This document shows positions 1 through 14,900 of a DNA stretch of 64,000 nucleotides, one piece after another. The stretch is taken from positions 6,448,001-6,512,000 of the forward strand of contig JAYWIR010000001.1 in the NCBI GenBank assembly GCA_036172245.1, given 5' to 3'. The notes beneath the pieces were generated by a model. It was not told the origin of the DNA. It searched no databases and saw nothing but the letters and a program-made list of their open reading frames with translations. Source of the DNA: Raillietiella orientalis (lineage: Eukaryota). The position numbers were made by a program, and so were the translations under genes. The stretch's first letter is position 1. Every line of letters begins with the position of its first letter.

Positions 1-1379
1 CAAACCGGGGAACCCTGAGGAAACGTTGCTGCCTCCGTTACTGACGTCGGCGACCCTTCGCTGGGGCGGAGAGATGCGAAGCGTGATTCGGGTGTCCCCT
101 TGCTACCCCAGACGCTTTTGCAGTGTGGAGGACGGGCTCTTACTCATCGTGAGGAAACAGGAGGAGGAGGAGGAACCAAGACATCAGACAACGGTCCGTT
201 CTCGAAGCGAGAGGTGGTGACAAAGTTGAGAGGCCAGTTGCCGCTCTGAACAGCCTCCTGCTCGCGCACGCCTTTCGATCTCGCATCTCTGAGCAGCGCA
301 TCCTTCCCTCCTTCGGGACTCGACCGATCTGCCTAGACCTGATCGCGATGAGTTGAAGGTGAGCTGCAGCTCTTCCTTGCCGAAGACATGCGAAATTTTC
401 ATGCACCTGAGACTGAGTTGCGACTAGTGTAGAAGAAGAGATATGCAACTTCGGCTTTGTCTTTGGGGGTGTGTTAACCACCACAAGGAGGATGCAAGAT
501 TGAGTTCGAACCGTTCGCTACGCAGCCAGTCTGCTCTCCTGAACGATCCGTCAGAACGACGCGACTGGACGCACAAGCGACTAATCACGAGGATGCAACG
601 TGCAGGCACTTGGTCCAGAAACGCGCACGCATGCTGTTGGTGTACACCAAGATGGAGGAGGAGCTGGGAGGAAGACTTCAAGGTGATCGGCTCGCATTCA
701 AGTTGCCTGCGCTTGAGATTCAAGATGCTCCATCTGACGCGGACGACGCCTTCACAAGAAAAGCCACGGGCCGCTCATAGAGTCAAAAATTTCAGCGGCA
801 GACGGACACGGAAGGCAAACACTGAAGATGCGAGCACAAGAAGTCTGTCCAACCACCTGCTTCAAAGTAGCTGCGAAAGACGTGCTGCCTCACCTCATCA
901 GAGATTCATGAGCATGGACCCAAGTGGTCTTGATGCGGCGGATGCACAATTCATCTTGCGAACGCAATGAAACGAATCAGATTAGAAAGCCTTCATCAGG
1001 AAAATCACAGATTCCAGATCTAAAGTTTCCTCCCAACAGATAAGTGTAATGTTTAACCCGATATATCCATTCTGCTTCCTTCTTATGTAATTGGGTTCTC
1101 TCAGATACAAAAGCTGCACATTTCTTGAAATGTATATTTGAATGATTCGATAGGTCGATTCCATCTGAGTGGAGGTATTGAAAGCGCTCACTGGCAGATC
1201 CGAATTTCGCTGGCACTTGGTCAACGAAAGACTCATCTTGCCAGACTGAAGAGGCTTCAATCAAAAAGATGTCTGTGAGAAGTCCTAAAAGTCGTTTTGC
1301 TGTCCATTCCAAGAGGAAATGGCTCCAGCCATAGAGGAGAGAGCTCTCTCTGCATGCGCCACATAAGAGCTAAATCAAA

Positions 1380-2010
1380 TGAATTCGACCTTTCCTTGTC
1401 AGCTGCTCACCAAAGGCGTTGGATCAAATCAAAGTGATTGGGACGCAAATGCTACTAGAACTGTGGATTTTCACATTCTGATACGCTGCTCCAAGACTCA
1501 AGATCAGCCAAGACGCGCGGATGAGAAATGGATGAGCATTTTGAGGGCAGATCATTTTGAGGGAGCTTGCGGAAACCAAAACACACTCATGTGCAAGACA
1601 CGAGCATCCACTCAGGTCTTCAGAAGATAACACGGCCTGCCTTTTGGACCTGAAGCTGATGGCTTCGGCGGCAGAACAAAGAGTTTCGCTTTGGTTTTTC
1701 CAACTCCATCGACGTGAATACAAAACGATAAAAAGAGATCCAAAACACCAAGGGTTCGAAGAAAAGTACTGTGAAATAAGGATTGCGCTGCCATTTATTT
1801 CGTTGCTCGATTGTGATCGTAAAACGTCCCTCCGCCGATACCGGAAAAAAATACCAACGTATCCATAAATAATGGAAAGCGTTTTCGCAAGAATGAGGCA
1901 GCACGTGAGAAAAAGGTAGTAAATTTAGAAAAAGAGGAATTTTCTCTCAATAGCCCATGGTGTCGTAATTCTGTGTTGACCAGATATTTAACCTCAGCCA
2001 ACTCACTGAC
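1380..2010 (+). mobile_element. Possible decayed Mutator (MULE)-type transposase remnant
   Basis: The stop-interrupted frame reads 'LLDLKLMASAAEQRVSLWFFQ...IKRDPKHQGFEEKY..IALPFIS' and later 'EEFSLNSPWCRNSVLTRYLTSANSL'. This loosely echoes the MULE layout DFE..A / CxFH..R.I...GL..Y / ALPF / W..TNN. Resemblance by eye only; no TIRs found. Confidence 0.25.
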
Positions 2011-4464
2011 GATGCTAAGGACACTAAGAAATCACGGAGGTTTGCCCATAATTTCGAAATACACTCCACGAAATTATCCCTAAATAATGCCACATACGAA
2101 AAATGCCGTTTAAAAATTCCACATCCCCTTCCATATGCATATGCGCTACAACTGTACAGCATGTCGCGCCTCCACGAGGAAATCTCAAACGAATTCTGTA
2201 ACCCACGACTGCCTTCATTGTACCCTAATCATCAGAGGAATGGCAGGTCTTTCGCTCTTCGGTACAAGAGGCGTCGGGCAGAGGCTGTCCAAAGGCTAGT
2301 ATGCATAGGGGCCGAAGAGACACCAGAGACAAAAGAGCTAGACGGTGATATCGGTGAGAATATGAATTCCATGCAGAGTTTATAAGGGGATTAGGTTAAG
2401 AATTCCTTTCACTCAGTGACAATCTGCTACCAATCCTAATGAAGAAATGCCAAGTGTGCCGCGTATACTTTTTCAAATGGAACCAGGATTGCCAGATAGG
2501 AGCAGAGAACAGAAGAAACTAGTCGCAAAAAATATTAGGAAGCGCCGGTGCCTTTCTTAGTAGAGAGTTAATTTACGTAATGCGTGAATCTTTGCATAAT
2601 TTACTGTATCATACGAATGTGCTTATGTAAGAAAGATTATGTACTTACATAATTGTGTGGACTGTACATATATAAACGCAGATTGCGGGGAATACCTATG
2701 AATAGCGCGCATTTATGGAACTCTTCGCGCTTTTGCATGTCATCCTTGAGAATGTTAATATTGTATTGTTCCCATTTCATTCTGTGTACTGCCGAAGCAG
2801 GTGTATACTTTGAAATTATGCAAACGTACATTTTCAGAATAAATTAATAGGTTCTGGAAAAAGTAATAAAGTCAAATGTTTCGACTTTATTACTCTCAAG
2901 TATAAAAATACTACACAATTCTTCAACGTACTTTCTCTTAATACCCATTAAACTTTCCTTTTTTCTCAGTGTATGGATTAATTCGAAGATGATTGTTGCT
3001 GATTGCTCTCAATGATGATTTATTTTCAATCTTTATTTTTCAATTGATTTATGCACCAACTATCACACGGGACAAATAGTTTTTCGGCAAGCTATTTACC
3101 TAGCTCTTCGAGTTTCATGGAACATCGCTAAAATCAAGGGACAGCATCTCACGTTGCAACACACATGGAAAATAAAGGAGACAAGAAAATAGGCATAAAA
3201 GAATCTCCTCACAGGGAACTCGCAGAAATCAAAAGATCTTCGAAATTTGAGATATTTGGAGAATCTCCATTTAAGAGTGATATGTACAATGAAGATAAAG
3301 CAAGAAATAGGCTAGTATACTCTTTACGTATGACGTGGTCTATACCGAGGAGGCTGATGAGTGTCAAACTAGTTACAACACACACACACATACACACTGG
3401 TGCATCGTGATGAATATTGCAAAAACACAAAAAAACGATTGAGTTCTAAATATTTTATTTACGATTCGAGCACAGAGATATTAGAATCACGGTGATCGAT
3501 TTCTTCTTTATTAATCTAAACCTATTTTATTTGTAAAGGAAAGATGCTTCCATGACTTAGTTGTGTGTACTATGGGGTAGTTTTTACTTCACAAAATTGC
3601 CAACTGATTCATTTTCTCCAGATTTTGAACAACTAGTCATGTGATATACAGGGAAAATTACTAGTTCCCGCTTGTTATTCTGAATTCATTTATCTGCAAA
3701 TAATTGAGAGGGGCGGAAGGAATGTTCCAATATTTGACGAAAATAGACTTTTACAAATCAACCAGTAAACGAAATTCCCCCTCAATACAAATAAAAGAAT
3801 GACTTACTTGCTTTTCAAGAATTCATTATGATTCATAATTACTTGTTTCCGAACCTGCCTATTTAGAAGGATAAAGGAAATGAAACCATAAGCCACGCTG
3901 ATTTTTATAAATTTTGTCCCAGTGCGTTCAAAGCCGCCAGCTGTTTGAAAAAAAAAAAAACACAGAATTCAAAGTTCCAACGGTGTTCTTATCGCTGCTA
4001 TTTTTTTGGTTGTTCAACGACCATTATTATGGCTGAAAATCTCTCCCATATGATCAAAGGGAAATACATCCGATCTGTTCCTTGTCACGGTTTCGTTTTT
4101 TTTTTTTTTTTTTTTTCACTCGGATGATTTTTTCTCCGGCATTTGTCCCAGTCCAGAGGCACGTATGAATGCGTAAATGCATATAAGTAGATAACATGTG
4201 TGAAATCAAATCGGCAAGTTGTGGCAACTGCCTGCGAGCGAGTGCGCCAGGTTATCGACGAACATTCGTTGCAACGCGTGGGGCAAGACCGGTGGGCCGA
4301 CGACTGCCAGGTTTGTCGAAGTCGGTTGCATTCGTGGTTGTCGAAAGTTGAAGTTTGGATTTGGAATTTGGAAAGGAAAGTGACCGAAAGAAGACATCGG
4401 GATCCTTCCAGCCGCAAGCCGAGATTCGAATTTTTCCGTTATTCAAGGCACCTTGTACTACATC

Positions 4465-5583
4465 ATGACGAAAGTTATCGAAGAACCGCAGCACGGTGAA
4501 AGCTCCAAAGGTTTAATTGTTTTTTTCATTACGTAGCTACATTGGAATGAGTTTCAAAAGGATTATGAAATTTAATCGGGGGAATATTTAATTCACGCTC
4601 ACCGGCGTATGCTTTCTGTTGCAGGGTTTGTGAATCAAGATGAGCTTATTTTGGAACAGCAGCGACAGATTGATAAAGAGGTAACAGTCACCGAGTTTGC
4701 CAGTTGACATGTCATGTTTCCTACATAGGTTGCAACTGCTGTGCCTTTGGTTGGTAAAAAAGAAAGCATCGATTTGTTGGTTAATGAATACAAGAATGAT
4801 GCAATATACACCAAAAAAGCTGAAGATCTGAAAAAGCGTTATAATTTCATGAGGAGAATGAGACCAGATGGCAACTGTTTCTTCCGTGCTTTCATCTTCT
4901 CATATTTGGAATATTTGATAGCAGACAAAAATGAGCTAGAACGGTACATATTCCCTTTAGAAAATCATCAATGAAACCTATTGGTAGGCTTCAAGGTTTC
5001 GTAGTTTCATTCTTACGAGCAGAGATAAGTTGATTGCCAGTGGCGTATCGGAATTTACATTGGAGGACTTTTATAACAAGGTAATAATAACCTATCAGAG
5101 CAAGTGGATGTCTCCAGGTGATGGACATGATTGACTTAGTCAGTCAGCCAATTTATGGTGAGCAGCTAGAAGAAGCGTTCAATATTGATGATGGAACTTC
5201 TGATTATGTGGTTGTTTACATGCGTCTGTTGACATCTTCACAGATTCGAAACAATGCAGATCTCTATCAGAACTTTCTAGAGGGTGGTCAGAATGTAAAT
5301 GAGTTTTGCCAGCAGGTATCAGAAAAGGTACAAAAATAATGGAATTATTTTTGATTTTCAGGAAGTAGAACCAATGTATCGTGAAAGTGACCATGTTCAT
5401 ATCCATGCTCTCAGTACTTCCATGGGGGTTGGAGTGAGAGTGATGTACATGGATCGTACAGATATGAGCACCATCAACATGCACAATTTTCCTGATAATT
5501 GTGATCCTATTATACATCTGTTGTACCGGCCAGGTCACTATGATGTATTGTATTCACTGGATAGTGATAATAACATGAATTAG
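4465..5583 (+). CDS. OTUB1: Otubain-family deubiquitinase (ubiquitin thioesterase OTUB1-like), 273 aa, 6 exons
   Basis: Exons 4465-4510, 4625-4680, 4729-4943, 4996-5080, 5118-5315, 5362-5583, all GT-AG and in frame. Contains the N-terminal 'QDELILEQQRQIDKE', the catalytic Cys motif 'RRMRPDGNCFFRAF', 'EVEPMYRESDHVHIHAL' and the His motif 'LLYRPGHYD'. Confidence 0.96.
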
Positions 5584-8500
5584 CTAAATACAGAGGATGT
5601 TTGCTTGTGGTTCAAGCATGCTGATTTTGGGTGGTTCAAGTGATTTATTTGAGTTCATGCAAAAATAAAAATTCTCACATTTTGGTTAGTTTTACATTGC
5701 TGAAGTATGCTATAAAATTAAAGTTGGCAGTCAAGAAAGTTTGATTTTTTCAATAAGTGAGGGTAACAGTGGAAAAGTCTCAAGATTTAGATTGGAAGCT
5801 ATTGTTAGTCATTACTTTAAAATTACAGAAGGATTACAAAATAGCGTAAAAGAACATTCATATGAGGAAATCCATTTATAACTTCATTAATTTCGTATTC
5901 AATCTTTGTGGTTTTTGATCACAGACCAGGTTTACATGATTTTCCCAATTCATTGAACTGCACTACTTAAACAAGCAACAAAACACTATATTTGGAAGAA
6001 CATGAATTGTAGGACCAAGTGACACCTGTTGGCTCAGAAGTACACTAGCAGTCACCAAAGTCCTATTTATTAATTGCAGTTTAATCACCACAAAAACTAA
6101 AAACTGTCAGAGAACTTTTGAACATTAATATTGAAATGAATGTGTAGTACCAATACTTATTGTAAGAATAGTTCAGAATTATTGTTACTAATATCAAGCT
6201 AATTTAAGGCAGATTCTTCTATTAGCATTTTAACTTTTTTCAATCCACATGGTGGTTTTCAGCAATTTGATTAAGGAAACTTGATTGTTTTCACATGAAG
6301 AATTTTTATTGTGTAGTTATGAAAATCTTGGAAGGTTTTGATTAGAAAGTATTATACTATTCCATAAACAGTCCAGTTGAGTGGTAACATCATAATAAAG
6401 TGCTTATGAGAATCAAAGAGGGACATGAAATGAGTAGTGGTGAGGGTGTTTGTGATTCTACAATGATGGCCAATTGAATCCTAAATTGTGAAACCAGACC
6501 ACATAAAATGCGCAGAAATACTTGGGAAGCTATAGCCACTCAGTGTGCTAATTGCACTAATGAACTAATAATAAACAAAGTAATAATAAACTTCCATGCC
6601 TCCAGGTTTCAATGTACTAAATGCATTGGAAATTGTTTGTAATGCATTGAAAAAGCTAGTTCAGGCTAATATAATTTTTGAGTGCACTGTCTCCAAGTAT
6701 GCTTTCATGTAAAAGCATTGCAAAAACGTGATCATTTCTTGATGACCAATGTTACAAATTTGCTGGTTAGAAAACTCCCGTTTTCTAACGGGAAAGGATC
6801 ATAATGCACTTGATGCAAAGCTTTCGTTGGTCCGTATTTGCGGTCAGATAGGAAAACTGTTCCTTGAATTATGAATTCGTCGACTGGGTTGTTGTTCAAA
6901 ATGATTTCCCGCTGTTTTACTGTCATTAATATTTATTAAAGTGTATTCCTTATGCTATTTTAATTAGGTTAGTACGTTTACATTTGCTATGCTCATTTCT
7001 TGGAATCACTGTTCATTACAATGTTGCCATTTATTGAAGAAAAATGGACAGCTTCTAAATGCTGAGTAAAAACAGTCAATGAGGGGAAATAATTTATATA
7101 ACCAAATATGTTCCGAAAGCATCTTTTTTCGGTCCGCGTCGCAGTTTCTAACTTTCAAATAAATCAGCTGAAGGTTTTCGTATTTTCTGAAAAGATCTGA
7201 AATGAGACCTCGATATTACTGAGCCCATTGATTGCAAGACTTTGTATGTCATCATTGTTATTCCGAGTTATTTTGATTTCAATAGACTTCGACAGCTCTT
7301 ATGACGAACTAGGAATTTACAATGGGCTATATTGTTTTCTGTATAGGAATATAGCGTGGTTACGGTTTCAAAAACAAGAAAGCACGCAATGGGCTAGTCA
7401 AAATTTCCTGAGGCTGTTTAATTTTCATACAGCTGTTTATTGACATATAGGAATACAAATGGTTTTTTAGACGTCGAAGATGTTATCTGGCTTAATTTGC
7501 GACACTTACAGTGAAATCATCGTCTTTGACAGCGTTCTCAAAAGTTCTCATTTTTGTACATTCGATGATTATTTATAAATGATCAATTTACTGATGTAGA
7601 AGTCTTTAAATCCATATGCTTATGTGAAATCAGTGTGATTTGTTTATTAGCATATTTTCAAGTTGGTATCATAATAGAACTGTGATTGCAGGAAATTATT
7701 TCAGAACAATGTATGAAGATAATAAACAAAGAGATTGGAGAGATTAGTTTTTCCGAATGTAAAACAAATGCTCATAAAATAAGAAAACGAAACGCTGTAA
7801 ATGTTAAGTCCCTGTAAGGGAAGAAATTTTCGTTTTAAAACATTAATTCGCACGAGGGAAAAAGTGGTCATAAAAGAGTATCTGTTTTCACATTGAAGTT
7901 GAAAATTTTAAATTCATGCTGAGAGAATAACGGCATAATTTGTAATAAAACCCAGTTTTGCGTTTAAATGTTTCAAGTTTGGAAAACAAAATGCCCTAAT
8001 TTTATTTATTTTTCTGAAATGTATTCCATAAATTTATGCAAGCTTATAGAACCTTAAATTTGCATTAGATATTACTCCACCAAGAGAAAAAAAACAAGCT
8101 CTATGAAAGATAGAATGGGAATCTGAAAAACCATAGTAGATAAACTTTTGACTTGAGATTCAATCCCAGAATCATGATCACTGTGTTGAACTTAAGTGAA
8201 CGAATATAATGAACACATTCAAAATTAGAATTTGCATTGACCTTTTTCATGTTTTTGGTCCTGGTGGGGACTGGTTTTGCGATGTGATGTAGAAAGCTGT
8301 ATTTACATGCTTACACTTCAGTAAGAGAAACGTGGACTGATTTATAATCGAATAAATCAAGATTGGAAATGATATTTTATTTGAGCATAAAATAATTGAG
8401 ATCATAACGATAACCTTGGGGGCAAAATAGGGAAAAGGCGATTGCCTACATGATTAGATGAGAATAAGTAGATACATAATTCACGGTAAACCGATTGAAA

Positions 8501-9810
8501 CCAAGATGATTGATTTCTAAGAAATATAATACAAACAGGTGAAAAAACTTCACCATCGTATTATTGGTAGCCACATTCATGAACGTGTGGATACTTTTTA
8601 ATCATGCTCCTTAATGCGTAGACAGACACTTCTGAGTTTTTCGGAAAAAGCAGCAACTTCGTCGGATCCCATTGGATGATGACTGAGAATGCAATTGCAC
8701 AAGGGTGTAGCAAAAGTGGTTATCAAGCTACTGGAGAGTACTAAAAGTCATCGTAAAATTTTGTTCATATGGTCTCTATCGAATTTATTGATCGAAGGAA
8801 ATCTGTATACGAAAATAAACTTTTTCACTATATCGTTTCTAACATGAAAACCCTAAAGAAATTCAGTTTCCACAAAAATTGGCACATATAAGGGGAGAAT
8901 AAACGGAAATGTTCAAATGTGCGTTCCTTTACTGATCTCACACTTTATTTAGCAAAAGTAAAGCATATACTAAAAAATTTGAAATGTCGAAACTTCAGAA
9001 TGTTTTTTTTTTTTGATTTAATAAAAACAAGCGGCTCAGATGCTGGAAGGATGCATCGATGCACTCTACAGCAACTAAGCTCATTGAGGGAATTATGTTT
9101 TCTATCCTGTTTATTTATAAAGTCAAGGTTTTTATTCAGTGCTCTTCAGTTAATACATTCAGTTGGTTTCGATCTTCAATTTAGCTGTATACAAATGATT
9201 TGTGAATAAACTTTGTTTATAACTCCTTCTGGATTCGAAAAGCACTTATCACCCCTGACTTTTGTGATGCCTTTGATTGCCGAAGTCGTCTTTTGCGTAA
9301 ATATTTATGACTTACATATAACTCCTATTTTTTTTTTTAAACGATTTTAACAAAACCAAAGAATGATGAATAAATTCTCATATCCATTGGTCTCATTTAT
9401 TTTTATTATTTCCCGATGAATCAATCCTGATTAAACTTGGAAAATGCAATTTATTTAGCTGAGCTTTCATGCTCGCATGTGTCGGAAAAAGCGATCGATA
9501 GGAAAAAACGATTACAAATTATGCATCGCAAATTGCTGCCCTCCAGTTTTCAATTCTAAAATTTGCAAATTTAGTAAAGTAAGCATTACGAGATCGAAGG
9601 AAGAATCTTAGCTGTAAACGCTTCAGTATTAAAAGCGTTAGCCTGATGTAATTTTTGTAATGAATCGCTGACTTCAAATAATACCAACTATGTGTAAAGT
9701 CCATTTATTTTACGTTTTTTTAAATTACACCTCCTGATTGCATTACAGCCGTTTATATGCTACTCGAATCTGTGGCCAAGAGACAATGAATATATAGAAA
9801 TCTTTCATAA

Positions 9811-11930
9811 TTACTTTAATTTGATTCTTTTACCATCCTGCCGAGGAGGCCGCCCTTTTTTACCTCCACTAGACTGCTTATTGTTGACAAGGGGATGGAT
9901 TTCATCAGCAGGAGCATTTTCTAATGCAATATCAAACACTTTTGTCTTTTTCCTCTTGGGAGAGGTATTTTCTTTCTGCTCCACACTTTCAGAGGGAGCA
10001 TCCATGTTCATTCCCCATGCTTCTTCTGGCTCCTCAATCTCAGGAGCAGTTGGCAGATATAGCAACACATCATCAGTGCAACCTTCTTCATCTGAACTGC
10101 AAAATGCTGCTACAGGCTCAATGGTAGTGACATCAACTTCTAAATCTTCCTCTTTTGGTTCAGGGTGCAATTCAACAGAGCGATCTTCATCTTCTAGATC
10201 AAATTCAGATTCACGTTCTTCATATTCTAGGTTTTCATCTAACTCTTTAAAGTCTGGAGCAAATGCGGACCAATTCTCCACTTGGTTCTGTGACCAGATG
10301 GATACCACCCCACTAGATATGGAAGCTATAATAGGGCGTACTGGATGCCATGCTACATCCAGAAGCAATTCTCCTTTTGTGCCATGTAGTATCTTCACTA
10401 AACTACCACTACTTCTCTCCCAAATGTACAGGGCATGCTGCTTGGCAGATCCAGCACAGATGAATTCTCCATCCCCAGAGAAACAGCATTTTTTCCACAT
10501 AGTTCTGGAAAAAAAAACCTTGTGAGAATTGAGAGATTTTTATTACAGCACCACTTGTTAACAAGATCTTGCAGTTTCTGAACAGGTTCCGGATCTACAT
10601 CCTTTCCTTTTCCTAAAACTTCTTGCAGTTGAAACACACGGATGACCCGATCAGCCGTATTAACCAAGAAACATCTTTTGCAAATATTATCAGAATGTCA
10701 TCCCACTCACTGTCCACGGCGGGCAAATTCTATGCTTTTGATAGCTGTTGCACTGCTTGTTCCTTGACTAACCCTAAAGTTACAGACGAGCTGCAAACTT
10801 GGGCACCGCAGAACTGTCACTCTTCCCTTCGAATTTCCAGTAAAAATGTACTGACCCCGGTGATCAAATGAAGCAACAATGTTGAGATCAGACTACTGAT
10901 GCTTACAAAGATAGTTTCATTAATAACTGAATACCTCATCATCAACTGGGACCAGCTGATGACCACCTTCTATATGCACTAGTACAGCAGGATGATGCAT
11001 TGGACAAACCAAAATCATGGATGCAACACGGGGATTGAATTGGGCCTTGGAATCAATGATACAACCCTATGCATTCAGGAATATACCTTTAAGATGGGAG
11101 AAGGAAACCGATAGTGAACTTCACATTCGCCACTGATCACTTCCCATATGGACACTGTATTGTCTGTACATGCACTGAGAAGCTGGTAACCATTTCGGGA
11201 CCAGCTAGGAAAACCGTTGCCATGCTTTGCACCAACTGGCAGCTACTGACCTCAAAGAGCAGACTGGATGCACATGTGCACTAATGATTTTTGCAATTCC
11301 TCTGGTCAAAAAGTCCCAAATGACAATGCGACCATCGTTGCAGCCAACTGCTAATAAAGTACCGCGACGATTAAACGTGCATGTTACAGCAACAGAAACA
11401 CAATCTAAAGCTCCATCGAATTCCTGTAAACACAACACGATGAACACGGGGTCACACAGTTGGAAGTCTTTACCTCTGGGTAATTTTGACCAAAAGACTC
11501 TAAAACGAAAGCATTATCAAACCCAATTCCGAAACGGTCATTCGCTGCGATCAACAGAAAGATGACAGAGCAAGGGTATTCTCTTTACATCACTTTTCCC
11601 CCGAAGAAGAGAAACCCAAGAGACGCGAAACTGCCGTTCTGCCGATTGCATGCACTTTGAATCGACCCACTTTGCGTCCGCCATTCGCGAGGTGGGCAAT
11701 GCGGTGAGTGCGTGCAAAGCCGAGGCATTTCCATTCGCATCAACCGCAATGAAGGTTTGTTTTGCTTTGCTTTTTTCCTTCTTTTTTCCTTCTCCCCCCC
11801 TTAACCCTCCACCCCACCGCCCCTTGTTTTTAGAAAACGATCGTTCAGGCAGCGAAGCTCGCTCCCTGCACGGGCAGATTTCAGCGAAATGCCACGAGAA
11901 CCCCGACTCACCTAATAATTCCAAATTCAT
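9811..11930 (-). CDS. RBBP5: Retinoblastoma-binding protein 5 (COMPASS/MLL WD40 subunit), 480 aa, 8 exons
   Basis: Exons 11930-11912, 11499-11474, 11423-11251, 11204-11087, 11045-10935, 10892-10711, 10674-10555, 10504-9811, in frame. Hallmarks: 'MNLELLESFGQNYPEEFDG', 'LLAVGCNDGRIVIWDFLTRGIAKIISAHVHPVCSLSWSR', 'WHPVRPIIAS', 'ENWSAFAPDFKELDENLEYEERESEFD'. Confidence 0.97.
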
Positions 11931-14900
11931 GATGCTTTTCGACAGGATGCTGCTGCACGCGCGCTTCCCGACACTGCGTCTGCAGCCTTCTCCGCAACGC
12001 CCGCCGCTGCTTCTTCACGTGTCCATCAGGGCTGTGCGGCAAGCCGGTCGCCGTTTCCTTTTGCCAGCTGCCAAGTCCAGCGTTTCGACACGCATGCGGG
12101 TGCTCCCTTCCCGACTCGGTGCCGCCGAGCAGGACGCCGAAAACTGGGATCGGGGAACGCGGAAATGGCCCCGCGCAAACCCGACTCACCCGCAAAGACC
12201 GACCACCCGGCGAACGCACAAACCGCGGTGGCCACCCGCGCTTCTCCTGCGGCCGCCGCAGCAGCAGCGCACTCGCCTTCCCCCACCCGGCAGCGCCCAC
12301 CGACAGGGAAAACGGGGAAAGGGCATCATCATCCCAGGGATCAGCGAGAGGACGGAACCGATCCGCCAGCAGCCAACGCGCCACCCTCGTTCCGCCACAC
12401 CTCCGTTCCCCCTCCCCGTGCGCGTCCGCTCCCGGAAATTGCTGCGGTGCTTCAACGTCGGCACGACGGCAGACGCGAAAGAATGTCCACAGCCCACCCC
12501 GTGAGCTGCTAGGTACTCAAGCCGCTTGTCGCCCCTCTTCCTGGTGCCTCTTCCGCTTCCCGGCTTCCGTGCGCTAAGAGGCTGTGCTCGTTGCGCTTCT
12601 CCGGCTGGTCGCCTTTTTCTCCGTGCGACGTGTGCTGCATAGGTATCGCACAAAGACGTCATGTGGTGCCTCCTTTCCATCGATTGCTTCTTTGCGATTG
12701 CCAGACTGCCATACTTCCTCATTTATGGGGTGCCGCGCTCCCAGACAGCCAACCTTGCATTGCTTCCCCCCTTTTCCCAGCTGTAGGCCTACACCCTCGT
12801 ATTCTCCTTCTTTGCTTCTTCCGGTTGCGCTGAACACCACTCTTTCACTGTCGCATGGGCAGCAAAAGTCCAGCACTGCAATCCGCTTTCCTTTTTCCCT
12901 TACCAAATGCGGTTTTAGCAGCCAACTCGTTCCGGGAACTCTCTGGCTGCTCGACACAAGGGTCCACTTGGCTTCGTCCACTTTCTGATCGTCTCTTCAA
13001 TCGCGCTGTGGCGTGTCATGCACAGAGGAGCGCGTTTCTTGCATCCGTTCCGTATGTGGGGCAACGTTTCGTCCAGCAAGGAAGACATGCGACACGTTCT
13101 TCCCGTTTCATTCTTGGCTCAGCGCTGATTGGTAGCACGTTGAGTCTCGCTGCGTGGACGAATTTGCAATCCTGGAAGCTCACTCCCAAGTTGGCGTGAA
13201 AGAAGCTTGGGGCGTGGTGCACGTTCACGCACCGCGTGGCTTTTCGTCGACTCGTGTGTTTTTGGATCAGGGATTGCCTGCCATGCGTGTTCCCTCTGCA
13301 GTGCTCTCGCGCCGGAGCCGATCTTCCTCCTCGTGCTGGTGCTGCTGCTGCTGCTGCTGCTGAGGATGACGCCGTCGACCGTTATGTTCGGTTTTCCATC
13401 GTTGAATTGCCAGCGAGCTTTCGCTCTTCCTTTTGACCGAAGGCTCTACGTGCCCTTGCCACATTGTGCGCTTTCCCCGGAAGAAATCCCCGTCATGAAT
13501 TCCCCGAGATCTTCGTCTGTCGGGGCCTCGGCCGCGGATCCTCTTTCCGACTACTTCGCTTAGTGTTTGTTTGCTGCATTGCCCGGCGAGATGAGTAACT
13601 CGAAGCAGCTGTCGATGGTAAACACGTCCGACTCATTGGCCAGCTTCCTCAGTCTTTTGTTATTCTTTCTCCGCAGAGGTATTCGTTGTTGCCCAGGGTG
13701 GGAGGTGCAAGGTCTTCTTAACTCTTCGTCTGATTTGCTCATCTCTACAGTCAACTTCGGTGAATTGGCAGCCTCTCTCGTGATGAACTGGGCTGAAGAA
13801 GAAGTGGGTTTTCATAGCGTCATCCATCATCTGCCATCCGGATGGCACTTGCCTTCTGGCCAGTGGACACGACCTTCATACCGGAGTGCTTGCCTAGGTA
13901 CTTGTACGCCTCTGATAAGACGATACTAGGGATTTTCCTTTTTCTCACCTCAGCATGAATTTCTTTCGGTCCTCTTGGGGCTTTCCCGCTGTAACACAAC
14001 GACGCGCACTCCGCCGGATTGACGGCCAAGCCGGCTCGCTCCACGCAGTCTGGAAAGGTCGGTTTTCACTTCTCGAGTGTCCTTTTCGATAGAATGACTT
14101 TGTCGTCGGCGTGTGTCCAGTAAAAGCTATGGGGAGAATTACATGCTCCCTATAGCTTTCCCCCATAGGACGAAGTATGGCTTCAACTGCTATGATGAAG
14201 AAAAGTGAACTTAATGGACAGCCGTGCTTCGCTCCTGGCCGCACGGAGAAGGTTCTTGCGGCCGTCCATTCCTACTGGACGACACGAAAATCCATAACTG
14301 AAAAAAAAAAGTAGTCCGTCTCCAAGCAGTCTTTATTTCGCTCAGCTACTGCAGGGTCGGATGTAAGTGGAACTTCCGGAGTGCATCTCCTGGATGATGT
14401 ACATCAGTTCGTCGCCTGCCCCTGCTTCTTTTAGTGTTTCCAGGATCATCCCATGGTCCAGACAGTGCCGAAGGAGTTCTCGAAGAAGTTCTATGAGTAC
14501 TTCTCAGGAATCCTTCGACCAGCAGAGTCCAATCTTGTTTGGAGGACCCAGTTGTTCTGACGGGAAGCCCTTCCGTCGAGTGCCGATTCCCCGAACTGCT
14601 GCTGCGCAGCGCGCACGAAAGCCCCGGAGCTTCTGCAGCCAGTCCCTTCTGCCTGATCGAACCGACGAGCGAGAACACGCAGCGGAGCGGCAGGGCGCGC
14701 GTTCTTCCTTGCGCGAAAGCACAGCGAGATCGCTCCCCGTCCAAGGCGAGTGCCTATTCGCCTTCTTCCCGACGCAAATTGCGCGCGCATTCCCGGTCCA
14801 GCTGCTACGGTGCCGTCGCTTGCGTCCTCCAGCGTGGCGAAGAGGTCCAAGCCTACCCCTGAACCTTACCGCTCGGCGGCAGGAGGGGGTTGCTGCACAT

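Noticed and set aside
12590-12620. gcgcttctccggc...ccttttt resembling the U2 snRNA 5' end (Utopia target) at the retroelement 3' end
   Set aside because: Only about 8 contiguous matching bases, and it lies within the element's own coding remnant.
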